From positions 51,708,001 through 51,772,000 of the forward strand of contig OZ024750.1 of NCBI GenBank assembly GCA_964016885.1: 64,000 nucleotides of DNA. The letters run 5' to 3'. Made by a program: the position numbers and the translations under genes. Below the pieces are notes generated by a model that ran no database searches, was not told where the DNA came from, and saw only the letters and a list, made by a program, of their open reading frames with translations. The stretch is from Eledone cirrhosa. Lineage: Eukaryota. Below are positions 12,874 through 28,167 of the stretch, piece after piece (the first letter of the stretch is position 1; every line of letters begins with the position of its first letter).

Positions 12874-13433
12874 ATGTATATATATATATATACTCAAACA
12901 CAGGTGACATACTATAGTTGCCGTGGGCGTATGCATGCTTCTATGTACCCGTAACATCTGGGGAGGGAGGCGTAGAGACGTTTCTTGGTCATTTTTGGAG
13001 CCTAACTTTCTCCAGGATTGAACACGATTGTTTTCCAGGGAAGGAGAGCGGTATAGAGAAGAAATGAGAACGCGGTATAGAAAGAAGATGAATTGACCCT
13101 AGTAGGTTACTGGTACAGAAACAATAAAAGCAAAGTTGACCTTGATGGTATTTGAACTGAGAGTGCAGAGAACCGGAATACCGCAAGGCACTCTAACGAT
13201 TCTGACAGTTTATTGCAGCATTAAAGAAAGCATATGTGTTAGATACTTAGATTGATCTCCCCACTATAGCTGCTCCTTATTCTCAGAGCCTGCAGACCTT
13301 ATTCTATATCTGAAATATTAGGTTAAGTTAAAAATACATGCATTTTATTGACCTTCTCAGGTTTCAGTCATTGTGTAGTACAGCCAGTTGGCGCGGCAGG
13401 CATTGGTGGATATTGTGTGAGTGTACATATATA

Positions 13434-13544
<111 letters not shown>

Positions 13545-13629
13545 CTCTCTCTCTCTCTCCATTTGTGTGTGTGTATGTGTGTTCACAATGAGAAAGAGAC
13601 AAGCATGTAGATAGATAGATAAATAGATT

Positions 13630-13702
<73 letters not shown>

Positions 13703-13704
<2 letters not shown>

Positions 13705-13851
13705 TTCTTTATTAGCTACAAGGGCGCACAAGGAAAGGGGACAAAACAAGGACACATGCCGGGGATTTTATATACAATCGTGTAAAAATATTGAAACAAA
13801 CAAATATAACAATCGAAATCCCCAATAGGGAGGAGGTGCCACACATGGGTT
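13703..13851 (-). mobile_element. Probable retroelement 3' fragment embedded in (GATA)n
   Basis: Minus strand ends AATAAAGAAA then (TCTA)n; (GATA)n tracts at ~13609-13703 and ~13852-13938. Confidence 0.45.
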
Positions 13852-13865
13852 GATAGATAGATAGG

Positions 13866-13948
<83 letters not shown>

Positions 13949-14189
13949 GTCTTTAAGTCCAACATCTGTAACACGATGAAACATTCCTCCCGATAACTTC
14001 ACAAACGTTTTGGATATCAGGAGAGATTATTTATAGAATTCATGCCGAGACTTCGCATTGTTAATGATTTCACCCTGTCGGTGAATCTTTCTGGTGGAGG
14101 TAGAGAGGGGATAGGAAGACGGTTATATATATATATGCTTGTAGGGAGGGGGGTACATACATAAATACATGTAACCCAATCTACCGACA

Positions 14190-15710
14190 TTGTCATCAAT
14201 GGCCTAACTGTTTCGCCGATATCTGATGAGGACTGCTACAGATACCTGGGGATAGATGAGAACATATCCTATAATGGTATTTGTAATAAGGAACGCGTAA
14301 CCAGGGAATACTACACCCGATTAAGAAAGATCTGGTCATCGGAACTTTCTGCACACAATAAAACAGTGGCTCACAATGTGTTTGCTGTGCCTGTCCTAAC
14401 ACCAACTTTTGATACTCAATTGGACGATAGACGAAATCCGAGCAGTTGATGTTAAGACTCGAAAAATACTAAACAACACCGGAAACTTCCACATCAACAG
14501 TGACATAGACCGCCTTTACTTGAAACGTAAACAGGGAGGCAGAGGCCTAACATCAGTCCAGACAGCATTTGAATGTCGTATCATATCACTCCGACAACAT
14601 TTACGAACCTCGAAGCATATGTGCCCATCTATTGAGCAAGTCTGTCTGCATGAGACATATAAAATCATGAGAGTTGGGAAGGAACTCCTCAAAAGGTATT
14701 CCCTGTGTGATAATCAAAACCTTACACCCAGGGAAGTCGCTCAGCAGTATCGCAGTGAATCCATGGATGAAAATCTGTATGCTTATCAGCAATATATCAT
14801 GCATGGATATGTTTCCAGGAAGCTCCAGAGTGAGAGTAATATAGATAAGGAAAGTAGTCTATCTTGGACCAACAACCGCTGTATTGGCTCCCACTTTGAA
14901 GGATACGCTTTTGTAATCCAGGAACAGGAGTTTAGCACGAAATACCTAATTCACAAAAGAGATAGGGATGCAAGCAAAACACCTAGATGTGACAACAAGT
15001 GCAGACTCTGCAGAATTAACATCAAGGATATCACCCATGTCATCAGCAGCTGTCCAAAGATGTCATCGCGGTCCTATCTACCTATGAGGCATGATGTAGT
15101 GGCCAAAACACTGTACAATCCGTAGAAAAGATGGCCCCAATAATAAACACATTAAAAGCTACAGCAATGTGGAAGACATACATATACATAACATGAAAGA
15201 GTACTGGTGGAATGTTCCAGTAAAAACCCCAATAAAATGTAGGTATAACAGACCAGATATAATGATATGAGACGTGGAACAGAAGGCATGGACAGTAGTG
15301 GAAATTAGCTGCGTAAAGAATAATATCTATGGAGAACTAATGAGAAATCTGCAGATATTCCGCCCTGACTATACCTTCAGATTTATGCTTCCAATTATTG
15401 GGGCACTGGGGTATGTTAGTAACTGCCTCAATACAAATATTGAGAAGCTAGACTTCACAGAAACAGAACGAACACGACAAGTTAGGAAATTACAAGTACA
15501 ATCCAATAATGGAACAGTAAAAATATGTAAAACATTCCAGAAATAACTCCATGTACACATGCACACATATAACTCAAAGCATACAGGTCCACACATACAA
15601 TAACATCCATACTTACATACACATGCATGCATGCAAACATACATACATATCTACCTTGTTGATGTTGTGTAAATTCCAATGTGTAAAGTCTTGTGTCTAT
15701 GTTAGAAACT
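14190..15710 (+). mobile_element. 5'-truncated, decayed R4/Dong-type non-LTR retrotransposon (RT thumb, CCHC knuckle, RLE nuclease)
   Basis: DIDRLYLKRKQGGRGL, CRLC...HVISSC...RHDVVAK, NRPD-type motif region; stops and frameshifts. Confidence 0.85.
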
Positions 15711-15755
15711 GACTCTCTCTCTCCCTCTTTCTCTCTCTCTCTCTCTCCCTCTCTA

Positions 15756-15792
<37 letters not shown>

Positions 15793-15949
15793 TTCTCTCT
15801 CTCACTCTCTATCTATCTATCTCTCTCTCTCTCTCTCTATTGGTAAAAATTTATAAATTTATAAAACCAAAAGAACATACACACATACATACATACATAC
15901 ATGATGTCTTCCCCCTCGTTATCGTATATGGCCACCACACGATAAAAAA

Positions 15950-16130
15950 ATAATTGTTTCTACTTTTGGTACAATGCCAGCAATTACTCAGTGCATTACT
16001 GTTACTTTATTTTATCGACCCTGTAAGGATGAAAGGCAAAGTTAACCTCGGCGAGATTTGAACTCAGATCATAAAGGGCCGTAACTCTATGCTGAAAAGC
16101 ATGGTGTCCGACTCTCTACCGATACTGACA
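15950..16130 (-). mobile_element. SINE, near full length
   Basis: Reverse complement of the 583-764 family. Confidence 0.85.
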
Positions 16131-16146
16131 ATAATATATATGTATA

Positions 16147-17033
16147 TTAACAATTAACAGTGCTGCGATCGAATGTGACTTTATAGCCCGGCCAATGATC
16201 TAAAGTGTCTTGCACAGAGTTGGCAACCAAAACATTCGCTGGCAGTAGCCGGCTGTGGCTGGTCGTCATGTACTTTTGCGTGTCGCTTGAGCCCTCCTGC
16301 TGATCTACACTCTCTTCCACATGCTTGACAGGTATGATGAGTAGCATCTCCAGCAGCAGTCTGGTAGTCAACCACTGGCTTACTTTATGACTGCGAAGAT
16401 GACTTTTTTGATGTATGACATATATGGTGGCTGCCAACTCGTTTTCGAGTACGGCCACTACTTTATATCCATGTAGGAGAACCCCTACCGATGCGTTGAA
16501 CGAGTGTGACTTTTTAGTCCAGCCACCGACTTGACAACTCTGGTACAAACACTACACTTGTGACAATTATTGACACATAGTGCTGGGCCCATGGTACCAT
16601 GTGACGACAAGTGCAGAGAGATCTCCAGATATAATGCAATGCCTGTGCCGTGAAGTTTTTATAGTGAGCAAGGGCATTGCACAAAGCCAGTCCCACTCTC
16701 TTAACCAAGATGATATTTACCAAAAAGAAGAACAAGTCAACATCATTGGATACCATCAGAGTTGCAGGTGTTATATCAGAGTTTTCCTTCTCCTAGAATT
16801 CTGCCTTGACAAAGGCTAAGGGGTCATCTCTCCCGGTGATTTTGGATGGCCATTGACTCTTAAGAGCTCCTTTGCCCTTTGACAGGTTTTGTTTTTAGTC
16901 CTACAGGATGTCCAAAGTCACCCTCCTCACCAAGAAACCTTGGTGGGGTTGCCAGTTTAGTCGCCAACGACCCGACCATGGGACAGGTTGTACTGGGATA
17001 CATGTTACCAGTAGCACCAACTGGTGACCTGAC
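16147..17033 (-). mobile_element. Internally deleted RTE-type LINE (5' UTR joined to C-terminal C2H2 zinc-finger region)
   Basis: CQACGRECRSAGGLKRHAKVH and CQLCARHFRSLAGL fingers; GGAGAAGGAAAACTCTGA motif recalled from RTE 5' regions; no RT in between. Confidence 0.55.
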
Positions 17034-17101
17034 ATACATACATTCGTACATACATACATACACACGTATATGCATACATACGTATATACATACATACATA
17101 C

Positions 17102-17141
<40 letters not shown>

Positions 17142-17155
17142 GGGGGGTATATATG

Positions 17156-17190
<35 letters not shown>

Positions 17191-17676
17191 CTTAGAATGG
17201 AGTGAGAATAAGAAGGAAGCAAGAACGGGGGGCAGTTTTCCTCATCTGCTGTCTACTGGGGGTCTCGGATATTTCCACGCTTTAAAGACAAGATATCTAC
17301 CGCCCAGAGCGTCCAATAACTGGGTAAATTATTGGGAAAACGGAGGAGGGGGGGGGGCAAGGAAAATAGAAGGGAAAATGGAAGAAAAGAGAAAACAGCG
17401 AAAAAAACAAACAAACCGAGCAATGTGCGAGCAACTTAAGGAAGGAAAATCCAAGACCACAGCGATATGAGAACTTAAGTTCAAGAGGGTGTGGGCGAGC
17501 GAAAAGACCCCGGTGAGTGTAAGTGAGAAAAGGTCTGCTAGAGGGTCAGGCGAGGGAAAAAATGAGGTGGCTGACAGAGAGAGGATGAGTGAACGGGGGG
17601 GGGATAAAGAAGGGGAAGAGTAGATAGTAACGAAATAGGTAGGTAGAAGGAGAGGGAAAACTGGTCACAGAGAAAC

Positions 17677-17714
<38 letters not shown>

Positions 17715-17762
17715 ACATATGTATGTATATACGTATGTATGTATGTATGTATGTATGTATGT

Positions 17763-20700
17763 ATATATTATCTCTTTCTCTTAATTTCGAGTATACTTTT
17801 TTGACCGGCTACCTTCCTGGTGGCAAGGTTGTAAAAGAAAAGGAATTGTCATCCCTTGAATCGCAAGAACGTTTTGCAAATTTTGAAGGTGCCAGCTATC
17901 GCAGCCATTTGTAGACTATAAATTAGGGAGCTGCGCTCTTTGTCCACAAATCCAAGTTCAGTCATACTTTGGTCCAAACGGGTTGGTATATAACCCGTAG
18001 CTCCAATAATGATGGGTATGAAGCTAAAGGTGTATCGTGGATACTGGATTTGTAAACTCCTCATCAATGGTCCGTAGATGTCCTCCTTCTCCTGTATTTT
18101 TCTGACAACGTTTACACAAGTGGGCAACTGATCTCCACAACAGAACACGTTTTCAATGTGTGGTCCCAAACTACAATATCAGGCCGGTTGTGCTTTAATT
18201 TGGTGGCAGTTTTTATTTTCAGGTTCCACCAGTATTCCTTAGTGCCATCTGTCTCAATATATTCTTCCTTGTTTGTTGTTAATTTTGTTTTCCGAAGTGC
18301 GTTCCAGGTGGTTCTAGCTATCCCATCGTGTCTCATGGGGAGGTAGTAGCGAGATGACATTATTTCGCAGCTGGCAACAATGTGGCTTACATCCTCGATC
18401 TTTGTTTTACATAGCCTACATTTATTGTCAGCTGATGGCCCTCCCCTTTTGTGCAGCAGATATTTGGTAGGGAGTTCTTGTTCCTGTATTGCATAGAGAT
18501 ATCCTTCAAGGTGTGACGTCATAAACTTGTCGGAAGTCCATGCCAGGCTTTTTGGGTGGTTTATCCCCTCTATGGTCTGTGTTTTACGCCTCAAGTATCC
18601 ATGCACAACTTTTTCTGTAAATTGGTCAATGTTTTGATCTTGTTTGAACATTGAATAGGATCTTCCGATTTCTCTGGGTGAGAGATTTATATCAGGCTTT
18701 ATTCCATATCTCTCCTCCAGATCAGTGGCTATTCTAATGATATTTTTTTTTCATGCTCATAAACCTGGGCAAGATGGTTGCCAACCTTTTTCCTCTGTTG
18801 AAGGTGTTGCTTCAGTGTTACTATCCGGGTCTCATATGATGTTAATATGGATTTTAGACCCCGGCCACTTTCCTTGCCTATCCACATCACCATTGATGTT
18901 AAAGTTCCCAGTAACACTGAGAAGTTTGCGAGTTCTAACATCCATCTCACTTAGTTCTTGCAATGACCAGTTCAGCAGGCCAAATGTTGGCGTTAGAATT
19001 GGCACAGCATAAGTATTGTGGGCAATGTATTTGTTGTACGCTGACAGTTCTGATGACCATATTTTCTTTACTCTTCTGAGGTATTCAGTTCTGGTTCTCT
19101 CCTTATTTATGGGTCCATCATATCTGACATTCTCATCCTGTACAAGATATCTGTAGTTGTCACCTGACTGTAGAGGTTGTATTGTCAGGCCGTTCATCTC
19201 TAGATTTCTAGAGAAGGGCACAGCTCTTCCACGTTTTACTGCCAAATATGCACACTTGGACTCAGCAAATTTCATTTTGATGTCTGTTGAAAATTGTGTA
19301 ATGAGGTCCAATTGTTTCTTGATGTCATTGATATTTGGCCCATACAACTTCAGGTCATCAACAAAGAAACGATGGGAGATACTTCTTGACCCACTTCTTT
19401 GTCCACCTTGTTTCCTGAGTAGGTAAGATAGTGTATTTAGTGAGAGAACGAAGAGTAGCACCGACAAGCTATCACCCTGAAAGATGCCCTTCTGGTAATG
19501 TATCCTGTCAGTCTTAACTTGCTCCTTCTCACCTCTAAGGATCAAATTGGTGTACCAGTTCTTGGTCAGACGTTCAACAGCAGCTACCAGTGGTTGTGGG
19601 AGTTTGGCTAACTGTAAAGCCTTAACAATCCACCCATGAGGTACACTATCAAATGCTTTTTGATAGTCCAGCCACATCACAGTCATGTTTCTGCAATTCT
19701 TTGTTGTTTTTTCTTGAATCATTTTATTAGTGAGTAGGTGATCTATGCAACCCCACACCTCCCTCTTTCCACCAGATTGCTCAAGTGTTATGATGTTGTT
19801 GGTAGCACAGTGATCTTGCAATAACAGGTTAAGGCACCCAGTATATAATTTATACATGATGTTTTGGCAGGCTATTGGGCGGTAATTTTTAGCAAGGGTG
19901 GTCTGGCTATTTTGGGGAATGAAGCGAGTAGTGGCAGTTGATAACCTTCTGGGCAGTTCTTGTGTGCCCTTAATGGTTTCTGTAAACAGCCGTATGAGAT
20001 CTTGCCGATAGAAAGTGAAATTTTTCAACCAGTATCCTGTAATGAGGTCTGGGCCAAGTGATTTCCTATTCGACATTTTCTATAGAGCTGTTTCCAGTAT
20101 TGACCGATCTATGTCATATTGTTTTGTCTGGACATGTTGGCAGTAGTCCAGTTCCAGTTCTTTTAGCCAATTAGTTTGTCTGTTGAATCCGTCATCCGTT
20201 TCCCATACAGATCTCCAGTAGCTCTCAACCTGTTCTTTTGAAGGGGTGTCATTTACAGGGATTGAGCTTTTGCCACCGAAGCTGCGATAAACTGATTTAG
20301 GATCTCTGGCAAAAAATCTATTTAGCACTTGTCGTTTATGTGTTGTTGACTTATAGTTTCGTATTTCTGTTGTAGCTGTGAGTTGTTGTTTCAACTGGTG
20401 TAATTTGGAGTTCAAAGTTTTAAATTTTGTATCTCCAAATCGTCTCTCTAACTTTTTTTTACGTTTTCCTGGTGTCGTGTGAAGTTGCTCTCTATGTTGC
20501 ATTTCATAACGACTGCGATGTGTGAGATACTTCGTCTCAGGAACAAAATTTTGCTTTTTAAATTTCGCATCCACGCTGGTTCAGGCTTTTTGTTTGCATC
20601 TTGATTGCGTGGTTTTAGATTTGTGTTATATGATAGCAATGTGACATCTGAAACATATAACCAAATATTAAGCGTTTCAAATGTCGTTTTTACACCTTTA

Positions 20701-21925
20701 GATCGTATAGCCTTCAGATAATTGCCAGCTATTTCGTTCACCGCTTCCAATTCCAATTTAGTGGGTTCTTTACTGATTCTGGAGTTGTATGGTCTGTCAC
20801 TCATAATAAGGCTGTGTATCTCTTGAAACATATCGTCCCATATCACTTGTAAGGTATCCACAAGTTTTTGGTGTTCTGTTTGTACAGTAGAGTCATGAAT
20901 TTCAACCTCGTTGTTGATGTGGTGACAATTACTACTAGAGTTAGCTGACCATTCTCGCTGTTCTTCAGTGGAAGTGGGATGGATTTCAGCAAAATTGTTG
21001 GTGAGCTGTTCACTGTTAGATTTAGCTGGCCATTCTCTTTGTCTGTCAGTGGAGGTGGGGTGGTTGTCTACAAGGGCTGTATTTGTAGTATCACTCAATT
21101 CCGTTAGATGTATCAATTTACATCTAATGATACGTTTTGCCTGTTCATTTAAATGCTTTGGAGAAAAGTCTAATTCTGGGTGTTTGGAGTTCCATAAAGC
21201 TTTTAGCCTTTACATAAAACCGAACTTTTGGGGTTCAGATTGTTCGTATGCTTCATATAATTCTTTGTTAAGCTCGTAACTCCACTGTATACAACGGTTG
21301 TAGTTGTGATTTGGTCGAAGGAGACTTGTACGTTTTGCCATGATGAGTTCGTCTATTGACTAATATGTATTTATTTTTCAAAATAGTCAATGATCTTCTT
21401 TAAAAGTTTCGACAAAGTTCTGTCAGAATCAAATTTAAAGTTATTCACAGCTTGAGTAATATTTCTTTTCAGTTAGTTTTTAATTCTACAACTGTGTTTT
21501 AAACGTTGTTCTTGAATCGTTTGAATCGAGAACAAAAAAAAACCCGTTACTTAGTATATTTCTTTATGAATGTAATATAATATAACAACGCTGTATTTAT
21601 ATGTTAAAGTTTATGTATCATTCATATAAATAAGTGTTCTACAACATATTCACAGTTCAAACACTTATGTTTTTGTTTCTGAATCGAAAACGTTACTTGC
21701 ATATTTCTTTACAAATGTAATATAACAACGTTGCATTTATATGTTAAAGTGTATGTATCGTTCATATATCATAAGTGTATGTATCGTTCATATAAATAGG
21801 TGTTTTACAACACACTTACAGTTCAAACACTTATGTAGAATTATTGTATGTAATCTTACCGCGTAATGTAGCTCAACCTTTTCCAATATATGGTATGTTG
21901 CCTTCATGTAAGTCGTAATTACACA
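17763..21925 (-). mobile_element. Near full-length, frameshifted R4/Dong-type RLE LINE
   Basis: ORF pieces from ATG 21341 to 17849: GPDLITGYWLK, NYRPIAC, WLDYQKAFDSVPH, GIFQGDSLS, FVDDLKLY, CRLC..HIVASC..RHD, NRPDIVV; (TATG)n tracts at both ends. Confidence 0.9.
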
Positions 21926-22339
21926 CGTATACGTATGTATGTATGTATGTATGTATGTATGTATGTATGTATGTATGTATGTATGTATGTATGTATGTAC
22001 GCACGAATGTATGTATGTATGTCATACATGAAAAAGTCATCTTATTTATATATATGTATATATATATATATAAAGGACTCTTTAACTTCTACACCGAACT
22101 TCGCATTTTCCTTATTCTACATATACTCCGACTGACAAATCATATTTGGAAGAAAGAACATGACGTTGAGTGCTTCAGTTGAATTGTATCATTATTTACT
22201 GAATGGTGCGTTACGTACGCAACCCTGGTTAGTCAGCATATTTACCGTAAAGGATCAACCCCACCAACCATAGATGTCAAACTACCTGTCCACTGCAAGC
22301 CTCTGGGACATGAGTAAACCATTCCTATCTCTTTTAACA

Positions 22340-22995
22340 TGCCAACATGGCCACCTTAAGAGAAAGATGCTTGAATGTTCGTGACCTGGAGTCGTCCTGG
22401 AAGCAGAGTAACCTGCTGAACGACCTCAGGTCACGAGGTATGCATGTGGCTGCCGTCGGCGAGACCAGAATTTCCGACACGCGTGCACTTTCATCGCATC
22501 TTTTGATTGGCCGAGAATTGGAGGTGGGGATGGCAGTGCTGTTTAGGAAATGCTTGAATCTCAAGGTAAGGTCGATCTTCCAGGACCCGGACGGTAAGTT
22601 GGTGGTCCTAGACGTGAGCAATAGCGAAGGTTGTGCAATAGCGGACGGCCGGATTTCTTTAAGGTCCCAGAAGTCTCTCTGGGAACGACTCGCCCTTTAC
22701 TGTTGGTGGAGGACAGGAACGGCATCTTAGATGCACACTGGGATTGTGTGCGAGTAGCTGATTGAATGCGAAACACGAAGGCGCGTGCTCTGAGAAACGA
22801 GGGAACCAAAGATGTTCGATAGACCCGCATGGCAGAGGCGTAGTGTGGTGATAAAACCACAATTCTTTGACGGACCAAAACAAACGCGAGCTGAATAATT
22901 CCTGGCAAATGTGTGGGGCCTTTTGCCAGCATTTTGCTGGGGTAGTCGTGGGGAGTGGGTGGCCGGAGACGGTAGCGGATTTCAGTCCCTACCTA
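22340..22995 (+). pseudogene. Decayed L1/Tx1-type AP endonuclease fragment
   Basis: CLNVRDL...VAAVGETR...GMAVLF...DPDGKLVVLDV matches the APE N-terminal motifs; frameshifted. Confidence 0.65.
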
Positions 22996-23595
22996 TGGAG
23001 TTGCTCTAATATTTTTGCCCCTGACAATTTCGACCAGCTAATCCCGTATTCCTGTTTTGTGTCTTTAAGCTGCCAGATTTTATTGGCGAGCGCTGCTGTG
23101 TTCATTAGTCTACGGTTCTTTATAGAGTGTCTGTGGACGTACCACCTTTTTTTGAACTCCCCTGCCGTAGAACCTATGTAGTGCCATGTTGTGTTGCCTG
23201 ATATACATTTTTTTTTACGTTAGAATATTCATCCGCAATTCATTATTCTTTTCTCCCTATCATCTAACTCATTATTCTCAATACATATTAACTCCTTCTC
23301 TTTCTTCGCACATATTTTTCTCTTCGTTAATTTTCAAATTCTTTTAATTTATACATTATCTTCCAACGGTTTTCAACCTCTCTATGTAAAACAATATATC
23401 TTTCTCAGTTATAAAAACTATCTCTCTCTCTCTCTATCACCCATCTCTCCTCCTATCTCATCCTTCCTCACTATACTCCTCCCTCTCCACCTTCACTCTC
23501 ATCTCCTCCTCTTTTTTTCATCCTTTCCACCACCACCACCACCCTCTAAATAAAATATTTTTCCCAATATCACACATCAATCTAAAACTACTTCT

Positions 23596-23947
<352 letters not shown>

Positions 23948-24083
23948 TAAAAACAATGAATAAAAACAAAGTACAAGTTCCTTATGTTAAAAAAATTTTC
24001 AAATTCATCATTTATTTTCATGATATTTGGATTACATTGAGTTCTTCATACGGATTGGACACTACCGTATATTTTGGTAGATT

Positions 24084-25160
<1,077 letters not shown>

Positions 25161-25178
25161 TCTATGGACTTACATTCT

Positions 25179-25240
<62 letters not shown>

Positions 25241-25614
25241 TATATATATTGAAATCCTATCACAGATTCGCTACAATGATCATAGTGTTCGAAAATTTTG
25301 TAAATTCCCCTTAGGGACAATAAATAAATAAATAAACAGCAGCCACAACAGGGGTAACGCACTCGGTTACTCTTGAATTTCGGCAATGTGAGTTACCTTT
25401 AGGCCAAATTCCAGCTGACACAGTCTCGGTCCAAATTAGGAATCTTACAAAATAGTTGTAGCGACTAGAGTCGGAACTAGAAAAATATTGCGATTTACGG
25501 AGGAGTTTTGTACGGTTTGAAATTAGAAATATTGAAATCCAAACGTAGATTCGCTCCTATGATCATGGCGTTAGAACATCAGGCAAAATACCGTCAGGGA
25601 ATGAGTGCTTATAA

Positions 25615-25733
25615 CCATCATCATCATCATGAAGAAGAAGAAGAAGAAGAAGAAGAAGAAGAAGAAGAAGAAGAAGAAGAAGAAGAAGAAGAAGAAGAAG
25701 AAGAAGAAGAAGAAGAAGAAGAAGAAGAAGAAG

Positions 25734-25802
<69 letters not shown>

Positions 25803-25812
25803 TATTATTATA
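25615..25812. repeat. Compound (CAT)n(GAA)n(CAA)n(TAT)n microsatellite
   Basis: Direct reading. Confidence 0.95.
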
Positions 25813-25819
25813 ATTTCTA

Positions 25820-26412
25820 GCGGTGGATTGGCAGTATCGGTGGAGGGTCGGACGCCATGCTTTCCAGCATAGTTACGTCCCTTTACGATCTGAGTTCAAA
25901 TCCCGCCGAGGTTGACTTTGCCTTTCATCCTTACGGGGTCGATAAAATAAAGTACCAGTAATGCACTGGTGTAATTGCTGGCCTTGTGCCAAAAGTAGAA
26001 ACAATTATTATTATAATTTCTAGCATCGGCAAAAAGCCAGCAATTTGAGGGGAAATTCATTGATCCCAGTATTTAACTGGTACATTATTATATCGACGCG
26101 GAAAGGCAAAGTTGAACTGGAGGGGATTTGAACCCAGAACGTAGAACATCATAGCATTTTGTCCGATGCTCTACCGATACCGCCAACTCACCGCATTATC
26201 AACAACAACAGCAACAACAACAATAATAATAATTGTTTCTACTTTTGGCACAAGGCCAGCAATTATCCCAGAGCATTACTGGTACTGTATTTTATCGACC
26301 CCGTAAAGATGAAAGGCAAAGTTAACCTCAGCGGGATTTAAACTCAGAACGTAAAGGGCCATAACTATATGCTGCAAAGCATGGTGTCCGACCCTCTACT
26401 GATACTGCCAAT
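25820..26412. mobile_element. SINE cluster: young + copy 25820-26010 with TSD, older - copy ~26015-26195, - copy 26228-26412
   Basis: ATTATTATTATAATTTCTAGC duplicated at 25801-25821 and 26004-26024. Confidence 0.85.
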
Positions 26413-26950
26413 AGACTTTATATTTATATACTGCCAATAGAGTTTATATTTATACATATACACATATTTTCTCTGTATGGTATGTAAATTGTTGAGAAAT
26501 ATACTAAAATGCGATTAAGCTAGTGGCGGCTTACACGAATAAAACATTTAAAGAATTTCTTAACATAAAATACGTTCGGGTAAGGAGATCAGAGGTTATT
26601 CTGGCGTTTCCTGTGGGGGGTATGCCTTCCAAGAAAAGGTTTACTTGTAGCCCTATCTTTTAGCATCCATCATAATTTAAATTTCAACCCGGTCATGTCT
26701 TTTTCATTCGCCCCATACCCAACACCAAACCTGCTCTGTTAAAATAAAGTTGAGATAAGCTTAGCAAGAATATATATCGTTCCAAACAGGATATATGTTT
26801 AATATAACTAATGTTGATAACTTAATTATGGAAAAATTAACATGATGCAGTCAATACCATTTATCAAGTTTTTCTCGAAAGAATTATTTTATTTCTCAGA
26901 ATATACATACGTATACACACACTCACGCACGCACACACATACATAAATAT

Positions 26951-27013
<63 letters not shown>

Positions 27014-27140
27014 GAGAGAGAGAGAATTAGTTCCACAACAAATTATCAAACCATACTCGAGGGCGGACGTGGCACTGAACGAATTTTTAACCCGTGCATG
27101 GCTGATCTACTTACTACGGATATAACCTTCAGTTTTTACA

Positions 27141-27258
<118 letters not shown>

Positions 27259-27460
27259 AGAAAATGCGAAGTAGTTTCAGATGTTAAAGTTCTTTATTGA
27301 TAAGGCTGTGATACATATTCCAATGAAGACAGTGACCACGCGATTCTACGTACCCAGTGTCATGATGATCTCACAGCTTCTTACATAATAAGGTTAGGTT
27401 CCTGGGGCAATCCACGTTAAAACGACAACGGAACGGACAAAGATAATGTTCTTGAATATA

Positions 27461-27554
<94 letters not shown>

Positions 27555-27578
27555 TGGTTGTATCTGTAGTATACACAC

Positions 27579-27632
<54 letters not shown>

Positions 27633-27638
<6 letters not shown>

Positions 27639-28077
27639 GATATTAAACAAATGGAAACTATATTTATAAAACCATATTTATTTCATTATACATATTTCAG
27701 GGATACCATATTAAAAATATGGCATGCCTTCTTCAGATAAAATACAATATATAAGCAGTTTTATAAATAAATTTGACGTACCATAAATATTGATCAACTT
27801 CCATTTAAAAAACCAACTTTTTAAATGGAAGTTGATCAATATTTATGGTACGTCAAATTTATTTATAAAACTGCTTATATATTGTATTTTATCTGAAGAA
27901 GGCATGCCATATTTTTAATATGGTATCCCTGAAATATGTATAATGAAATAAATATGGTTTTATAAATATAGTTTCCATTTGTTTAATATCGTATATCTAC
28001 TCCAAAACTTGTTGAGTGCTTTATATCAGTTATAAAATATTTACTCGTTGTAACCCAACAATTTTAAATAAAACTTT

Positions 28078-28080
<3 letters not shown>
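27633..28080 (+). mobile_element. Mini fold-back element family F: 179 bp arms, 6 nt loop, ~85 nt tail
   Basis: 27633-27811 is the reverse complement of 27818-27996; long (TA)n on both sides. Confidence 0.9.
27885..27950 (+). ncRNA. Minimal type I hammerhead ribozyme (family F; mirror copy 27679-27744 on -)
   Basis: TATTTTAT-CTGAAGA-AGGCATGCCATATT(TTT)AATATGGTATCCCT-GAAA-TATGTA-TA^-ATGAAATA. Confidence 0.85.

Positions 28081-28167
<87 letters not shown>

Noticed and set aside
27305-27377. Minus-strand hammerhead remnant with GCTGT/ACAGC stem I
   Set aside because: Core reads GAGATCA and GGAA; too decayed to call
27633-27996. Tc1/mariner MITE explanation for the TA-flanked palindromes
   Set aside because: One-sided tails, variable pivots within a family, unfolded copies and embedded hammerheads do not fit fixed TIR elements
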